DNA from: Saccostrea cucullata
Taxonomy: Eukaryota
Reading direction: 5' to 3'
DNA: 64,000 nucleotides
Assembly: GCF_032062105.1 (NCBI RefSeq)
Contig: NW_026931071.1
Span: forward strand, 248,001 to 312,000
Shown: one piece after another, positions 1-13,046 of the stretch
Numbering within the stretch: the stretch's first letter is position 1
Layout of the letters: each line of letters opens with the position of its first letter
Translations under genes and position numbers: made by a program
Notes under the pieces: generated by a model
Database searches by the model: none
What the model saw: only the letters and a program-made list of their open reading frames with translations
What the model was told of the DNA's origin: nothing

Positions 1-545
1 AGATTTTGGGTATCAATGTAACTTTTATTTGGTTTAGTCTACAAAAACTTTTATAATAGTTAAAAACTCTACAATTCCGGTCGAGGAGAGGTGCGCGAGG
101 GTATCAATGTAACTTTTATTTGGTTTAGTCTACAAAAACTTTTATAGTTAAAAACTCTACAAATTCCGGTGGGGAGGGGATGGGTTCCCCACTCCCCCCT
201 AGACCCGCGCATGCATATGAAGCTTCAGAAGTAAAATAAAGCAGCAACCTTCATTACGAAAATAAGTTTATTCGAACACTCTAAGTAGGATTTTTTGACT
301 GGGATGCCCCTTCCTCAGGGAAAAAAACTACCAGACTTGAAAAGGGGGTCAATATCCCAACGTAATGAATCTGCTCATTGTAAATACATATACTTATTTT
401 CAATTCAATCTCCAGACATCTCAGTTTTAATTCAAACTATAGCTCAATATATTCATTCCGGGGAAATCGCAAGTTTTAGTGAGTTAATATTTCTCCGGGA
501 TGTTTGTGCGTAGCCGTTTAAGTTCTGTTTTTACGATCTGTTATT

Positions 546-554
546 CACTTCCGG
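546..554 (-). promoter_or_regulatory. ETS/GABP-like motif (CCGGAAGTG) upstream of BCL7
   Basis: CACTTCCGG about 80 bp before the ATG; motif match only. Confidence 0.3.
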
Positions 555-631
555 CTAATTTTGCTTGCCAGTTCAGTTGCTTTGTTTGCTCATTTCTACC
601 GTTTAGTGTGATTCTTTTTTAAATAGTAGAA

Positions 632-3344
632 ATGTTATCAAGATCAGTAAGAGCAGAAACTCGTAGCAGGGCCAAAGAAGATATAAAAAGAGTAATAACT
701 GCAATAGATAAAGTCAGGAAATGGTAAGTTGAAACTTCTTCCATGAAAATGATAACCTGGTCGTCGGTAGATAGAACGTTCTATCGTTGTACCGAGACAC
801 AGTTAGATCATTCTAACTAGGTCGTCGGTACCTCTCATCACTACTTTTTTCCAGTGCATGCAAAATATTTCAGGGTTTGAGAATACATTTTTTTTTTTAA
901 AGTCAACTTTTAGAAATTAGTAATACATTGAAACTTTTCGTCTAATACCAAGAAAAGCTTACAAATCCATGAGGCATATGTTTTAAAGTTTGGAGATAAA
1001 CAGCTGTGCATCACTGAATGCTGATATTGTTTTTATGTGATTTTACAGGGAGAAAAGATGGGTTACAATCGGTGACACGACAATGAGGATATATAAATGG
1101 GTTCCAGGTAAAATATTTATTACTGCAAACTTGGTCAATTAACAAATTGTAATAATTTTCATTATGTGTATCTTTTTCCCATATATATGTTGTTGAATCT
1201 GAGACTGGAATGGATATGTTTGAACATTTATATTTTATAACTGATCATGTTTTTGACGAATTTAAGTTTTGTGATTTTTAGGCTTCTATTCAGTATGTTT
1301 TTTATTGCTAGAGTTGTTTTAATTTTGTTTCCAGACTTGTTTATATTCTAATCTTTATTATTTTTTTCAGTTTCTGCATCTGAACCATTACCAGTAAGTT
1401 TGAAAGTCAACAAAACAAGAGGAAATAAATAATCATGAAAATAATATTTATAAAATTATATATTTTAGAAAGAAAGAAAACATGAGTTTCTTAATTTTTA
1501 CTGCTAATTTTTAAAAAGGAAATTGAAATAAATAAATTGTATGTTTATTTATTTTTTCTTTTTTTCAGCCTAATGCTGTGAGGAAAAGTTTGAAAGTAAG
1601 ATCAAACATAAAGAAGAAAACAAGATCCACACATGACACTGAGGCATCTCAAGGAAGTGATATCAGTAAGGTCCATGTGAACGAAAACAGTTCATGTGAG
1701 TATTAAAACATTGTCTATTTGTCATGTTTATTTAATTCTTAAGTTTAAGTTTTAAACCTTAATTGATTGTGTTTAAAGTATTGAAAGGGTAATATGTTTC
1801 TATGAAATAATATATTGTATTATTATTGTCACAGGGTGAATAAATTAATATTATAATAAATACTATGTAATTTATTTATTAATAATTTGTGACCTAATAT
1901 ACTAATCATTTCATTACCATCATCATCATTTTCATCTATTATACAGCATAGTGAATTACAGTATTCTGGAATTTACTATGTGTTCTATTCACTCATGAAG
2001 TCGCTCATTCATAATCATATTCATGGGGTTGAATGCTCACTGGTTGGCAAACAGTAAAAGGCCCCATTCATAAATAAATTGTTATTGCTCTCCAATATTA
2101 ATGCTTAATCTAGCAGATGAATCCCATTACCATATCACTCTGATTCTTTAATAGCCCAGCAAGTTTACACTGATGAAAATACACAGCAGTCTCAGCCAGA
2201 CTCTCTCTGCAGTGATCAAGTGAGCAATATGAATGAAGATTCCTACCAGTCATTTCCTGACAACAGTAACACAGGGTTCTCCCAGTCTCAGGACACAGAC
2301 AGCAATCAAACCGACATGAGGATTGGTAAGTCCTACAATCTCTGTAACAACTAAATCACACCACCATTTGGAAGAATTTACCTTATTCTCAAACAGTTGT
2401 AAGAATTTTTAAGTGCCGGAATGACAATGAAAATCTAACACTAACAGAAAAATAAGAATGTAGCTTTAGATTAAATTTTTATGAGAATCATATGATACTG
2501 AACAGTCATAACAACTAGAGGATTGTAAACTAAAGGCATGTAAAAGTAATTGTGATGGTACGGTTATGCATACAGTATTAGCTTGTTCATAAACTGAATA
2601 AGTTTTAGTCATTTACAGAACATAAATAGATATATAAATACAGAAAACTGAGATGAGATGTTAAAATTAATTTGATTGTAAATGATGTAATTTTTGTTCT
2701 TGATGCTTTTCATGTGCTAATAACAAAATATTTTAGATCCATAAATGAATTCCATTATTCATAGCCTGCCTAATGAGTAATGTCATTCATGTTTCAACAA
2801 TGGTTCATTTTGTGTAATGACAATTTTATCGAACAAAATTAAAACAATTAGAAATACAGCAGGAATCATGCTTTAATATGTATAATCACTCAGTCTCTGT
2901 GTTTTATCCAATATGTGTATGACGTTGCTACTTGACACAAATAATACAGACCTTATGATTTATTTACCTTATTTGAATTTTATAACTACAAACTAAGAAG
3001 TTACACAAATATTAAGATGAAACATAAAGTAAATACTTTTTCCCAGTGTGTGTAATTATTGTGCTCTATTTAAACAATTAAATGATTAAAATATTTTTTC
3101 ATGTATTTACAGCCATGAGAATGATCAAAGATGATAGGAAGAAAATTTCAGAGGATACAAATGGTATATAGAATTGCTACCAGTTTTCTTAGTAATTACA
3201 AAATATTAGCCACATTTACTGAATTAACTTTAAACATTAAAGTGACATAAAATTTAGAACTCTAAATTTTCAGATTCAGAGCCACCCATGCTAGAGAGAG
3301 AACAAGATGATCCACCCACCAAAAAATTAAAAACAGATACTTGA
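632..3344 (+). CDS. BCL7: BCL7-family protein (SWI/SNF-BAF subunit), 7 coding exons
   Basis: The N-terminus [50 protein letters not shown] is the BCL7 N-terminal domain. Phase-compatible GT-AG exons: 632-723, 1049-1107, 1371-1393, 1569-1695, 2155-2325, 3113-3163, 3274-3344 (ends [10 protein letters not shown]). Confidence 0.92.
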
Positions 3345-5639
3345 TGCAAGTGATATTTTTTGTAAAGTTCATATCCATGTGTTTGATGTTGGTACATGTA
3401 ATATTCATATTGTCATACAACATTTTTATAGACCCTGTTGTGAGTGAAAGGGAAATTTCAAGGGGAAATAATTGTTGTAAGTTCTGTAATGGATATATGC
3501 CGAATACTGTTCTATATGTAAAATTATCAGACTGTTTGAGGCCCGTTAGGGCCGAAAACTGTCTGATAATTTTACATATAGAATAGTATGAGGCATATAT
3601 CTTACTTAAAACATTGCCATTTAAATGTCCAAAAGTTACCTGGAGGAGTCATTAATAACACAATGGGAGTTCAAGCATCCATTGTTTTCTACCCGTCTAA
3701 TAAGTAGATAAAAGAAATGAGTGAACGGTAAAAAAGTGAGTGAACTCTTGTTTCATTAATTTCATTCATTCAGTGGCAGTCGTTTCGTTTAGCAGGACAG
3801 GGGTACGGTGGTGAAAGATTTTTTGGGGGAACATTTTTATTTATGATGTCCCTAAATTGACATTGATACTGACATAATTTTGGGCAATATTTTAACCATC
3901 ACCGTGGCAAGTAAAATGCGGATTTTTACCCTAGCTGAATTTTTAGCTAAGATAATGGAAATTCTCAGGTTTTGAAAGTGTTGCCATCGGGAAACAAACA
4001 TAAAAGGAGATTGCAGAATCTTTTTTTTTTTCAGAAATGGATTTAAATTCGCTTTTTCAAAGTGCTGAATCAAAAAACTCTTTTAAAGAGTGAAAATTAA
4101 TGTCGTGGAAGGTTTAAACTTGGAATTTTTCTCATCGATTTGCTATTTTGTACTGTGATCAACTTAATTTCCTTGCGTTTGGTTTCCCTAATTTTTTTCC
4201 AAACATTTTTATTGGGGGTTTCTAGACATATTTAATCTTAATTTCACTCTTCTTTTTGCTTTTTAAATACCGTCCGATTTTGTTATCATTGCCGTCCGAT
4301 AATATATTATCAGACTGGTAATTATTATTATCGGACGGCTACAGGTAAATTTTTAGACTGCAAGAACAAAGGCTTGACGTCACAGCAATGTTTTAACTCA
4401 AATTAAAGGAAGGAGTCATTATGCAAAGTTCCTAGAAAATGTGTTCAAAATAAAAGTGAATATTTGTGACTCAGTCTTTCATTATTTATTTTAGACAAAT
4501 GGCAATGATCTGATAACATTTGAGCCCTTTGTACACTATATATAGAATTCTGATTTTGTGGTATTTTTATGCAGATAGAGTAATCTTCCCTTTGATGTAG
4601 AATAAAATACATTGTAATTATAAATTGAAATGTACAGTGTATTACTTATTTGTGATCAATTCAAGCATTCATAACATTTTAAGAAGCCAAGATGAATAGA
4701 TTAGACACTTCATTAATATGTATTTTACCTACATGTACCTAAGTAAACAACAGTGATTTCTGCTTATAAGTACTTCATTTGATTATCTTTGAACATGCAT
4801 TTTTCCTAAGGCTAAATGCAAGGTACCCCATGTTGAAAATATATATTAAAAAATTAAGATTCATTATAACTTTATTGGCTCTAAAACTGATAAATGCATC
4901 TCTTATATCAGGGATGAATTGAAGTTAGTTGATGTCTTAACTATAGCATGCAATATCATCTTCTATATATTGAAAATTGAAGGGTACATTTTGTCGCCCT
5001 GTACATATTGTCGCTGGGAACAAAATATAAACACGACCCGCACTACTCGTATTTTTGTACTTGGTGACACCAGCAACAAGTTTTTTGTTTCTCACAGTAA
5101 ATGAAATAAACGTCAGCATTGGCACATAGTTAAAATAATCGGAGGCGTTTTGTATTGCTTCTTTTTTTAAGAATAAGTTACGGGGGCATTGAAAATATGA
5201 GAGAGAGAAAGACCTTTGGTCTTTGTTATGAATTTATTTCATCCTGCTCCTGACACCGTTGCTGCTGACAATTGCAAGCAAAAAAAAAATCTTTTAGTGA
5301 ACGTACCATCTATAAAAACTGAGAGTATGATATTTGACATCATCGACATAAAATTCGTATTACTTTGGAAGCCCCAACGACAGTATAATTTAGAACTAAC
5401 GATAATATGTATAGTTAAAATTTTGTTGCTGGCGATAATAGGCTTAAAACTAATATTAATGGTACATATTTCTGAAGATTAAAACCAGGAAGCGTGTAAA
5501 TTCAAACTTGGGATGCTAATGTTGCACAGAAAGCATCGACCGCAACAATACCAGGAATGCTTTCAGTGCAAGAATGAAAATGAACAGCTACAAGACGAGA
5601 TGTCTCTATAAGAATTTCGTTCATTTGTTTGTTTATACC

Positions 5640-7632
5640 AAGACTCTTTCCTTACTCCTCGCTAAAATATTAACAGGAGAGAAGGAGAAACTTCAGGAGT
5701 ACTGTGCAACGATACATTCGAGAAGTGGTGTAAATCAGACGTGGATATTTAAAATTTCAAGGGAACTTCTGGAAAATTTGAAATCACTAAATTTTACCAA
5801 AATCAACAACATACAAACTTATGACTTTTCAACTCAATGCACAACCATTCCCCTTGACGAATTAAAGTTCAGGCTTTTTGACATCATTGACAGTGCTTTT
5901 TCAATCAAAATGGATTTCGTAAATTTACTACCTTTTCATTGGTTGCTTGCTTTTGGTTTTTGGAGACCAGGTCTTACAACAATATATCTTTTGGAATTCC
6001 TACAGGTATTAATTATGCCCCGTTAATAACTGATCTATTTTTGTATTCACATGAAACAGAATTTGTTCAAAATCTTATACCTGAAAGGAAGAAAATATTT
6101 GCTGTGGCCTTCAACTCGACGTTTAGATACAGTACATCGACGGCGTAATTGTCAATTAACTATTGCTCTCTCCATCCGTATGTCAACACATATGTACCAG
6201 TTTGCTAGAAATAAATGATACCGCAGTCAGTCTGACACATCTGTTTCAAATCTGGATACTTTACCAGAAAAAGACGTTAATTCAAATCTAACAAGCTTTG
6301 TGGTAAACGTGATGATTTTAATTTTTCTATCGTCAACTTCCCTAAACTTATGCAGTAATGTACCCTTCATCACCTGCATACGGAGCGTATTAGCAGACCT
6401 ATTTTTGTATTCATATGAAGCAGAATTTACACAAAATCTTATGCGTGAAAAGAAGAAAACACTTGCTGTGGCCTTCAACTCGACTTTCAGATATATCGAT
6501 GACGTATTGCCAATTAACAATGGTAATTTCCATTCCTACGTCGATACGATATGTCCAGGAGAGCTTGAGATTAAAGATGCGACAGAGTCTGACACATCTG
6601 TTTCATACTTGGATATTTTACTTGAAAAAGACGTTAATGGTAACCTAACAAACAAGCTATATGATAAACGTGACGACATTAACTTTTCTATCGTCAACTT
6701 CCCTTACCTATGCAGCAATATACCTTCATCACCTGCATACGGAGTTTATATCTCTCAGTTGATTCGATACACAAGAACATGTTCTACGTATGAACAATTT
6801 CTAAAACGAGGTAAATTATTGACAAGCAAGTTGATGAAACAAGAATATCAACAGTCTCGTTTAAAGTCATCATTTCGTAAGTTCTATGGTCGATACAATG
6901 ACCTTGTCAGCAAATACAATTTATCATTGAGTCAAATGCTTACTGACGTTTTTCATACCAATTGTTAGTCCATTATTTATACACTGAATTGACCACGGAT
7001 TTTTCCGTTATTTCCTGATCATGACAAGGAGCACACGGCAGGTGTGACCGGTCAGCAGGGGATGCTCACTCCTCCATGGCACCTGATCCCACCTCTGATG
7101 TTTCGGAGGTCCGTGTTTGCTCTGCTCTTATTTTGTATTGTTTTATGGACTTTGAGATTGAATACTTCTCGTTATCTTCATATCCTTCTGCATACGGGGT
7201 TTATATGTCTCAGTTGATTCGATACGCAAGAGCATGCTCTACGTCTTGAACAATTTCTAGAACGTGGTAATTTATTGACGCACAAGTTGATGAAAATTAC
7301 ATCAGTAGTCTCATTTAAAGTCATCATTTTATGGTCGAACAATGACCTTGTCAGCAAATACCACCTATCATTAAGTCAAATGATGACTGACGATTTTCAT
7401 TCTAATAGTTAGTCATTATTTACACACTGAATTGACGATGGATTTTCCCGTTATTTCCTGATCAAGACAAGGAGCACACGGTGGGTTTGACCGGTCGGTA
7501 TGGGATACTCACTCCTTCATGGCACCTGATTCCACCTCTGATGTTTAGAGGTCCGTGTTGCTCGGCTTCTGATTTCTATTGTTGAATGGACTTTTGAGCT
7601 TGAATATCGTTCGTTATCTCCATATATTTCAT
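5640..7632 (+). mobile_element. Older degenerate Penelope-like (Naiad-type) RT relic, split by a younger copy
   Basis: Frameshifted RT pieces (TYDFST..TTIP, GIPTGINYAPLITDLFLYS) at 5640-6385 continue at 7188-7632 with the C-terminus and the 3' module. Confidence 0.75.
6386..7187 (+). mobile_element. Young 5'-truncated Penelope-like element (RT C-terminal half plus 3' UTR)
   Basis: Open frame [56 protein letters not shown] with no C-terminal endonuclease. Flanked by the direct repeat CTGCATACGG(A/G)G at 6374-6385 and 7188-7199. Confidence 0.82.
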
Positions 7633-7974
7633 AAGGTATTTAGACCTTCTTGCAGACCGTATTCCATGAGCAGACATTTGCAATTAACGCTTAGTAATAT
7701 CGTGCGCCATTTATAGTTGCTCATAAAAAGTCCCATTCCAATCTTGCTCTTCTGTATAACAAGATTAATCATATCATGCATCTAACTTGATATTAATTCA
7801 AAACCTGGGAATACATGCAGTAGGAACTTATGGTCAGTAAATATTGCCAGTGTTAATTAATCAGGGGTGAAATGGAGAGGAGGTTGTGTGTAACATTTGG
7901 AAAATTATTCACAAAAAGAGCAGTGTAGAGGTTGATTGAAACTACAAATAGATAGAAATGTAAAAATTGATGTA

Positions 7975-8165
7975 ACCACTAATTAGGGTCGCTTTTTCTC
8001 CACAAGACCCAGACAAACCTGATAAAGGACCATGGAAATGGAGACAAAAGAGGCAGGTTTAACTACGACCAAATCGAAAAATATATCCCAACACAGAGTC
8101 CTCTGGCGCTGTCTGGTTGCGGCCCTATGTTCCCCAAGGAGTGAACAGGAATAATTCAAGTAAGC
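7975..8165 (+). mobile_element. RTE-clade LINE 3' remnant
   Basis: Decayed RPRQT..RTMEME..RVLWRCLVAALCSPRSEQE* followed by a short (C/T)AAG tail, typical of RTE C-termini. Confidence 0.55.
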
Positions 8166-8167
8166 TG

Positions 8168-8713
8168 CAGAGGCGTAGTCACAAACTTAAAAGTGGGGGG
8201 GCTCAACTCCAGAAATTCTTTGACGAGCAAAAAAAAAAAACAAAAAAAAAAAACCAAACTTAAAAGTGGGGGGGGGGGGGGCTCAACTCCAGAAATTCTT
8301 TGACAAGCAAAAAAAAAAAAAAAAAAAAAAAAACCAAACTTAAAACTGGCTGGGCTCAACTCCAGAAATTCTTTGACAAGCAAAAAAAAAAAAAAACAAA
8401 GGGAAGTTCCCCAATCTCGGAAATCCTATTTCGTGGGTGGGGGGGGGTTAGAGGCAAACTTTTTCAAAGGCAAGTTACTTTCAAATCAAATCCAATTATG
8501 CAAGGGTCAAAAAGTGGGGGGGATCCATTCAATGAATATTTCCTATAGTAAAGGTAATGTTGGGGAAAAATAGCTGTGATTTTGTTCTTCTTTAAAAAGT
8601 GGGGGAGCACAGACATACTCTTGCCCCCCCAGATTTGAAAGTGGGGGGGGGGGGGGCTAGTGCCCCTGCTGCCCCCCCCCCCCCCCCCCCCCCCCCCTGT
8701 GACTACGCCTATG
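8168..8713. mobile_element. Non-autonomous TIR element (hAT5-like MITE) with poly-G/C/A tracts
   Basis: 16-bp TIRs CAGAGGCGTAGTCACA / TGTGACTACGCCTATG (1 mismatch), 5-bp TSD AGCTG (8163-8167, 8714-8718), and three internal ~75-bp repeats. Confidence 0.75.
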
Positions 8714-9455
8714 AGCTGTGTTCCTTAACAATCGTAAACCAGTTGTCTCATGGTTTGTATAAAATTCCCTTTATTTTTAAATATTCCATTCAAGAAATTA
8801 GAGGTTTCTTTCAGACAAATCTGTTCTTTGTGAATTCTAATGCAGATTCACAATTATTTCGTATGGCACGAGATGTTCACCTTAGTGCGATATTCACTGT
8901 AAGTGTTTTTTGTGTTGTTGTTGTTGTACTAGTTAGTTAGCATAAACTTCCAGTATCACTAGAATCGTATATTGCTATGCGATAAAAAATAATTACAGAT
9001 CGTGATCAAAGCATACCACGCTAGAAGTCATCACGAAGATTAGTTAGATTTCTAAATAATGAAATCTATTCACGCTTCATTAGAAAAAAAATATGGGCAC
9101 CTGTTTGGTACATAGCAAATGGCAAAGAAGCATTATTAGATATTACTAATATTTAAAAATTAATTTCTTTTCATTCAAGTTCATACAAATAAAAGTTCAC
9201 TGCAAGCATGAAAGACTTGTTAAGGTACAGGAAGTAAAATAATGTCCTCGTCACTGATCATGCATACTAGTATACTATAGTCATATGATTAAATCTAAGT
9301 ATTCAAAATCATGTTTAACTATTTAATTAAATGCAAACATAATCTACTATATATACATTATATGCAAACATAATCTTGTTTATAGGAGGATAAAAGGAGC
9401 GAAATTAGCCGTGTTAAATTCACAATTTCTCCACAATATTTCATTGCCATCTAAA

Positions 9456-12400
9456 ATGGCAAAGCAGAAGATGATTATAGACTGTGATACAGGGGTGGAC
9501 GATGCTCAGGCTATCATGATGGCGGTGTCCAGACCAGAAATTGACGTCATAGCAATCACATGTGTCAATGGAAACGTGGACATTGATAACGTCTGCAAAA
9601 ATACGCTGCGTGTTCTTAAAATTTGTAATTCTCTACATGTAAGTAAAAGGAATTTTCAACATGATGTAATCTGTTCATAAAAGACATTAAAAGTACTTAT
9701 ATTCCTAAAAGCTATACGCAGTGCATCAATTTAGAGGTATTTTAAGGCAGTGATTATGACATATTACCGGTAATTTAAGTAAAGCGTTTGATTATACCAA
9801 TCAATCAATCATTTATTTAAATCTCTTCACCATTTTACAGTAGTATACAGAGACTACAAAAACATATAGGTGATTATATATACAACAGTAGGTCTGAAAG
9901 GCATGCATGTGGATAAGAATTTAAACAAAAAAATGTAGGTTGCTATAAATGTGAAGTATGGGAATTTAGCAGATTAAAGGCCATGTTCTAATCTGGACAA
10001 CTTTGTTTTACCCAAGATACCAGTGTTCAGAGGATGTAGAAGACCCATTATACACCACGATGAAGACGCTTCCTTTTATCACGGAAAAGATGGTATGGGT
10101 GACCATCCGAATCCACCGGAAGTCGATATATCTTGCATTCAAGAAGAACATGCTGTAAATGCGTTGACCAGACTCACGAAGTTGTATGAGGGTATGCTTC
10201 TTAAAAACCTCCTATGATATTTGAGAGAAAATGATTGAATGATAATATTACAGCTTATTAAAAGAAGAGAAGAGAGGAAATTTTATTATGTAAAAAATTA
10301 CAGGAGAATAAATCGTTTACTCTTGTAATAGTTTCAAAAATACACATACTCAGTATGATAGCCATATATATGGCATGCCAAATTCACAAAAATGAGATAA
10401 ACATAGTTTCACAGTCGATAAACTAGGTTTATCGCTTGTAAACTATAGTTTACGGACTGTAAACTATAGTTAACAACGTTAATCTATATTTTACATCCGT
10501 AAACCATAGTTAACGCGATAATCTATGTTTCACAACCGTAAACTATACTTAACACTGAAAACAATCATTTGCGATTGCAAACCATAGATTATCTGATAAA
10601 CACAGTTTCACGATTTGTAAACTATAGTTTACAAACCGTTAACTATAGTTAACGATCTGATAAGGTTAAATTTTGAAAGATTGGAACAAAATCCAAGATC
10701 AAAATCAAGAGGTCAGATAATATTGGTACCCTAAAGAAATTTCTTGTCAGAAGAAATACATATGAAATATATAAAAGCCATAGCTATGGCACGCCAAATC
10801 CACAAAAATGAGCAAAACATAGTTTCACAGTCGATAAACTAGGTTTATCGGTTGTAAACTATAGTTTACGGACTGTAAACTATAGTTAACAACGCTAATC
10901 TATATTTTACATCTGTAAACCATAGTTAACGCGATAATCTATGTTTCACAACCGTAAACTATACTTAACATCGAAAACAATCATTTGCGATCGCAAAACA
11001 TAGATTATCTGATAAATACAGTTTCACGATTTGTAAACTATAGTTTACAAACCGTTAACTATAGTTAACGATCTGATAAATATAGTTTCACGATTTGTGA
11101 AACTATGATTAACAACTCTTAACTATAGTTTACGATTGTAAACTATAGTTTACAAACGTGAATCTATGTTTATCAACAAAATCTATTGTTAACGCTTTAT
11201 TCAGACAGATAAACATAGATTAGCATTCGTAAAGTATAGTTAACGACCGTTAAATAAAGTTTTACAGATGAAAACTATACTTAACGAATCGTTAACTATA
11301 GTTTACGGTTTGTAAACTATAGTTTACAGTCGATAAACCTAGTTTATCAATTGTGAAACTAGGTTTATCTCATTTTTGTGAATTTGGCGTGCCATACATA
11401 GCTTCAACCAATCCAAAGTTTACTTTAATACACGTCACGATTTTTGACATACTAGTACATGTATATTGTATGTCATTTTGTGATGTAGGCAACTCAATTT
11501 AGTGTTTCTTTCCATCAAATAAAGCGTTATAACCCGAATTAAATCATTTGGAAGGGAAGGTCATAAGTCACTGTAAGTGTTGAAATGCAAAAACACCATT
11601 CACCGAGACCAACTGATGATGAGTAGGTATGATTGAAAAGTTAGGCAAAACATTGGTTAAAAAATTATAAATCAATGCAATATGAAAGGAGACAAACTTT
11701 CTTTTTAAGTTAATATATACCGGTATTCCTCTTTCGTGGCATTTTTTTTTCTACAGGAGAAATAAAATTTGTTGCATTGGCTCCAATGACAAATCTGGGA
11801 TTAGCACTGCGAATGGATCCTGATTTTTCCAAACGTTTGAAGAGCCTGGTGATTATGGGAGGTAACATGCAAGGTACATCGAATTATTTCCAGAGATAAT
11901 GAGTTGAAGGTGAAATAATATAATTATTTACAATTTAACTTGTAAAGAACAATTTTACCTGGATATATATTAAAGGGAAAGGAAACAGGTCCTCTTCTAT
12001 CGCGTCGGAGTTCAACTTTGGCACAGATCCAGAAGCAGCGTACATGGTCCTTCACGAGATGAAATGTCCGATCACCATTGTGCCATGGGAGCTGTGCCTG
12101 ATAGATGTGTATCCTTGGGTAATATATTAAAATTTGATAGTGTAGGATATCGATTTCAAAATGGTATTCTTACTAACAGTTTAATGTACACTAAATTTTA
12201 TATTAGGTATTAAACTACAAGGGTAATAACGATATTTTCAAGTAGCTTTTCAATATAATAAAACTAATAATTTTTTTCTCGAGTTTCCTTAGGATACCAA
12301 ACGAATGCATTACAGTTAAACTTTTCATTTTGCAAGGCTTGCACCAATCGCTCATTTCTGCAAATTTAAATTGGTTCGATTAAATGTTTGCTTATTTTCA

Positions 12401-12838
12401 ATAATAGCTCATCAATTCATAATCGAAGCGGAGACACTAATTATTTTGCTGTTTAAAAAAAGACCCAAAGGAAGTACGTGTATAATTATATTTTTGTGAT
12501 AATTTTAGGAAAGGGCTGAGGAATGTCTCAGTTTAGAAACTAGAAAATCGAACTTCCTTCAAGCAATCACCAAAAGTACAGTTGCCCATCAGAAAAGGAA
12601 CCGAGAGCTTGGTTATCGTTCCTGTGATGTTTTTGCGACGGCAGTTGCAATTGACAGTTCTATTGTACTAAAATCTGTGGACATATTTGCCACAGTGGAA
12701 CTAAATGGGAACTTGACACGCGGCATGTTGGTTGCTGATTGGCGTGACAAACTGAAAAAGTCTCCCAATGTTACCATTGTAGAAAAAACAGATGTAGAGA
12801 AATCTTTTTCTCTCTGGAGATCCATGTTACAAGATTAG
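9456..12838 (+). CDS. Inosine-uridine preferring nucleoside hydrolase (IUNH family), copy 1, 5 exons
   Basis: DCDTGVDD Ca2+-binding motif, [30 protein letters not shown] and SCD motifs. Exons 9456-9638, 10017-10191, 11757-11873, 11976-12118, 12509-12838, all GT-AG and in phase. Confidence 0.93.
10369..10663 (+). repeat. Truncated left-arm copy of the 10785-11396 MITE
   Basis: Near-identical to 10785-11079; the right TIR is missing. Confidence 0.8.
10785..11396. mobile_element. IS3EU-like non-autonomous element with long TIRs and ~20-bp palindromic subrepeats
   Basis: Termini TATGGCACGCCAAAT..ATTTGGCGTGCCATA, 6-bp TSD CATAGC (10779-10784, 11397-11402) and internal GTAAACTATAGTTTAC repeats. 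TAY..RTA ends with a 6-bp TSD fit IS3EU. Confidence 0.75.
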
Positions 12839-13046
12839 TTTATTATTTTTTTAAAGATTAGTTAATTGAATATTTCAATGTTTAAAACCCATGTATTTGA
12901 ATATACAATGTACTTTTTGCAAAAATGAAACAAGAAACGATTGAGATTGATATTAAATGTTGAAAAGTTATTCTTAATCGTGTCATTAATTAAGTATATT
13001 AATATTCCATGAAAATCTGTATGCATTTGGTTTCAAAAATAAATAC

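Noticed and set aside
3341-5482. Short AT-rich ORFs after BCL7, and similar ones at 46889-48483 and 54361-55741
   Set aside because: They have no recognisable motifs or splice-consistent partners, and lie in 3' UTR, intergenic or repeat sequence.
7086-7110. Hammerhead ribozyme or SECIS in the Penelope 3' module
   Set aside because: CTGATG is present but without the following A or a GAAA strand, and there is no AUGA..AA..GA SECIS geometry.
8156-8940. Lys/Pro/Gly-rich ORFs
   Set aside because: They arise from homopolymer tracts in a MITE.
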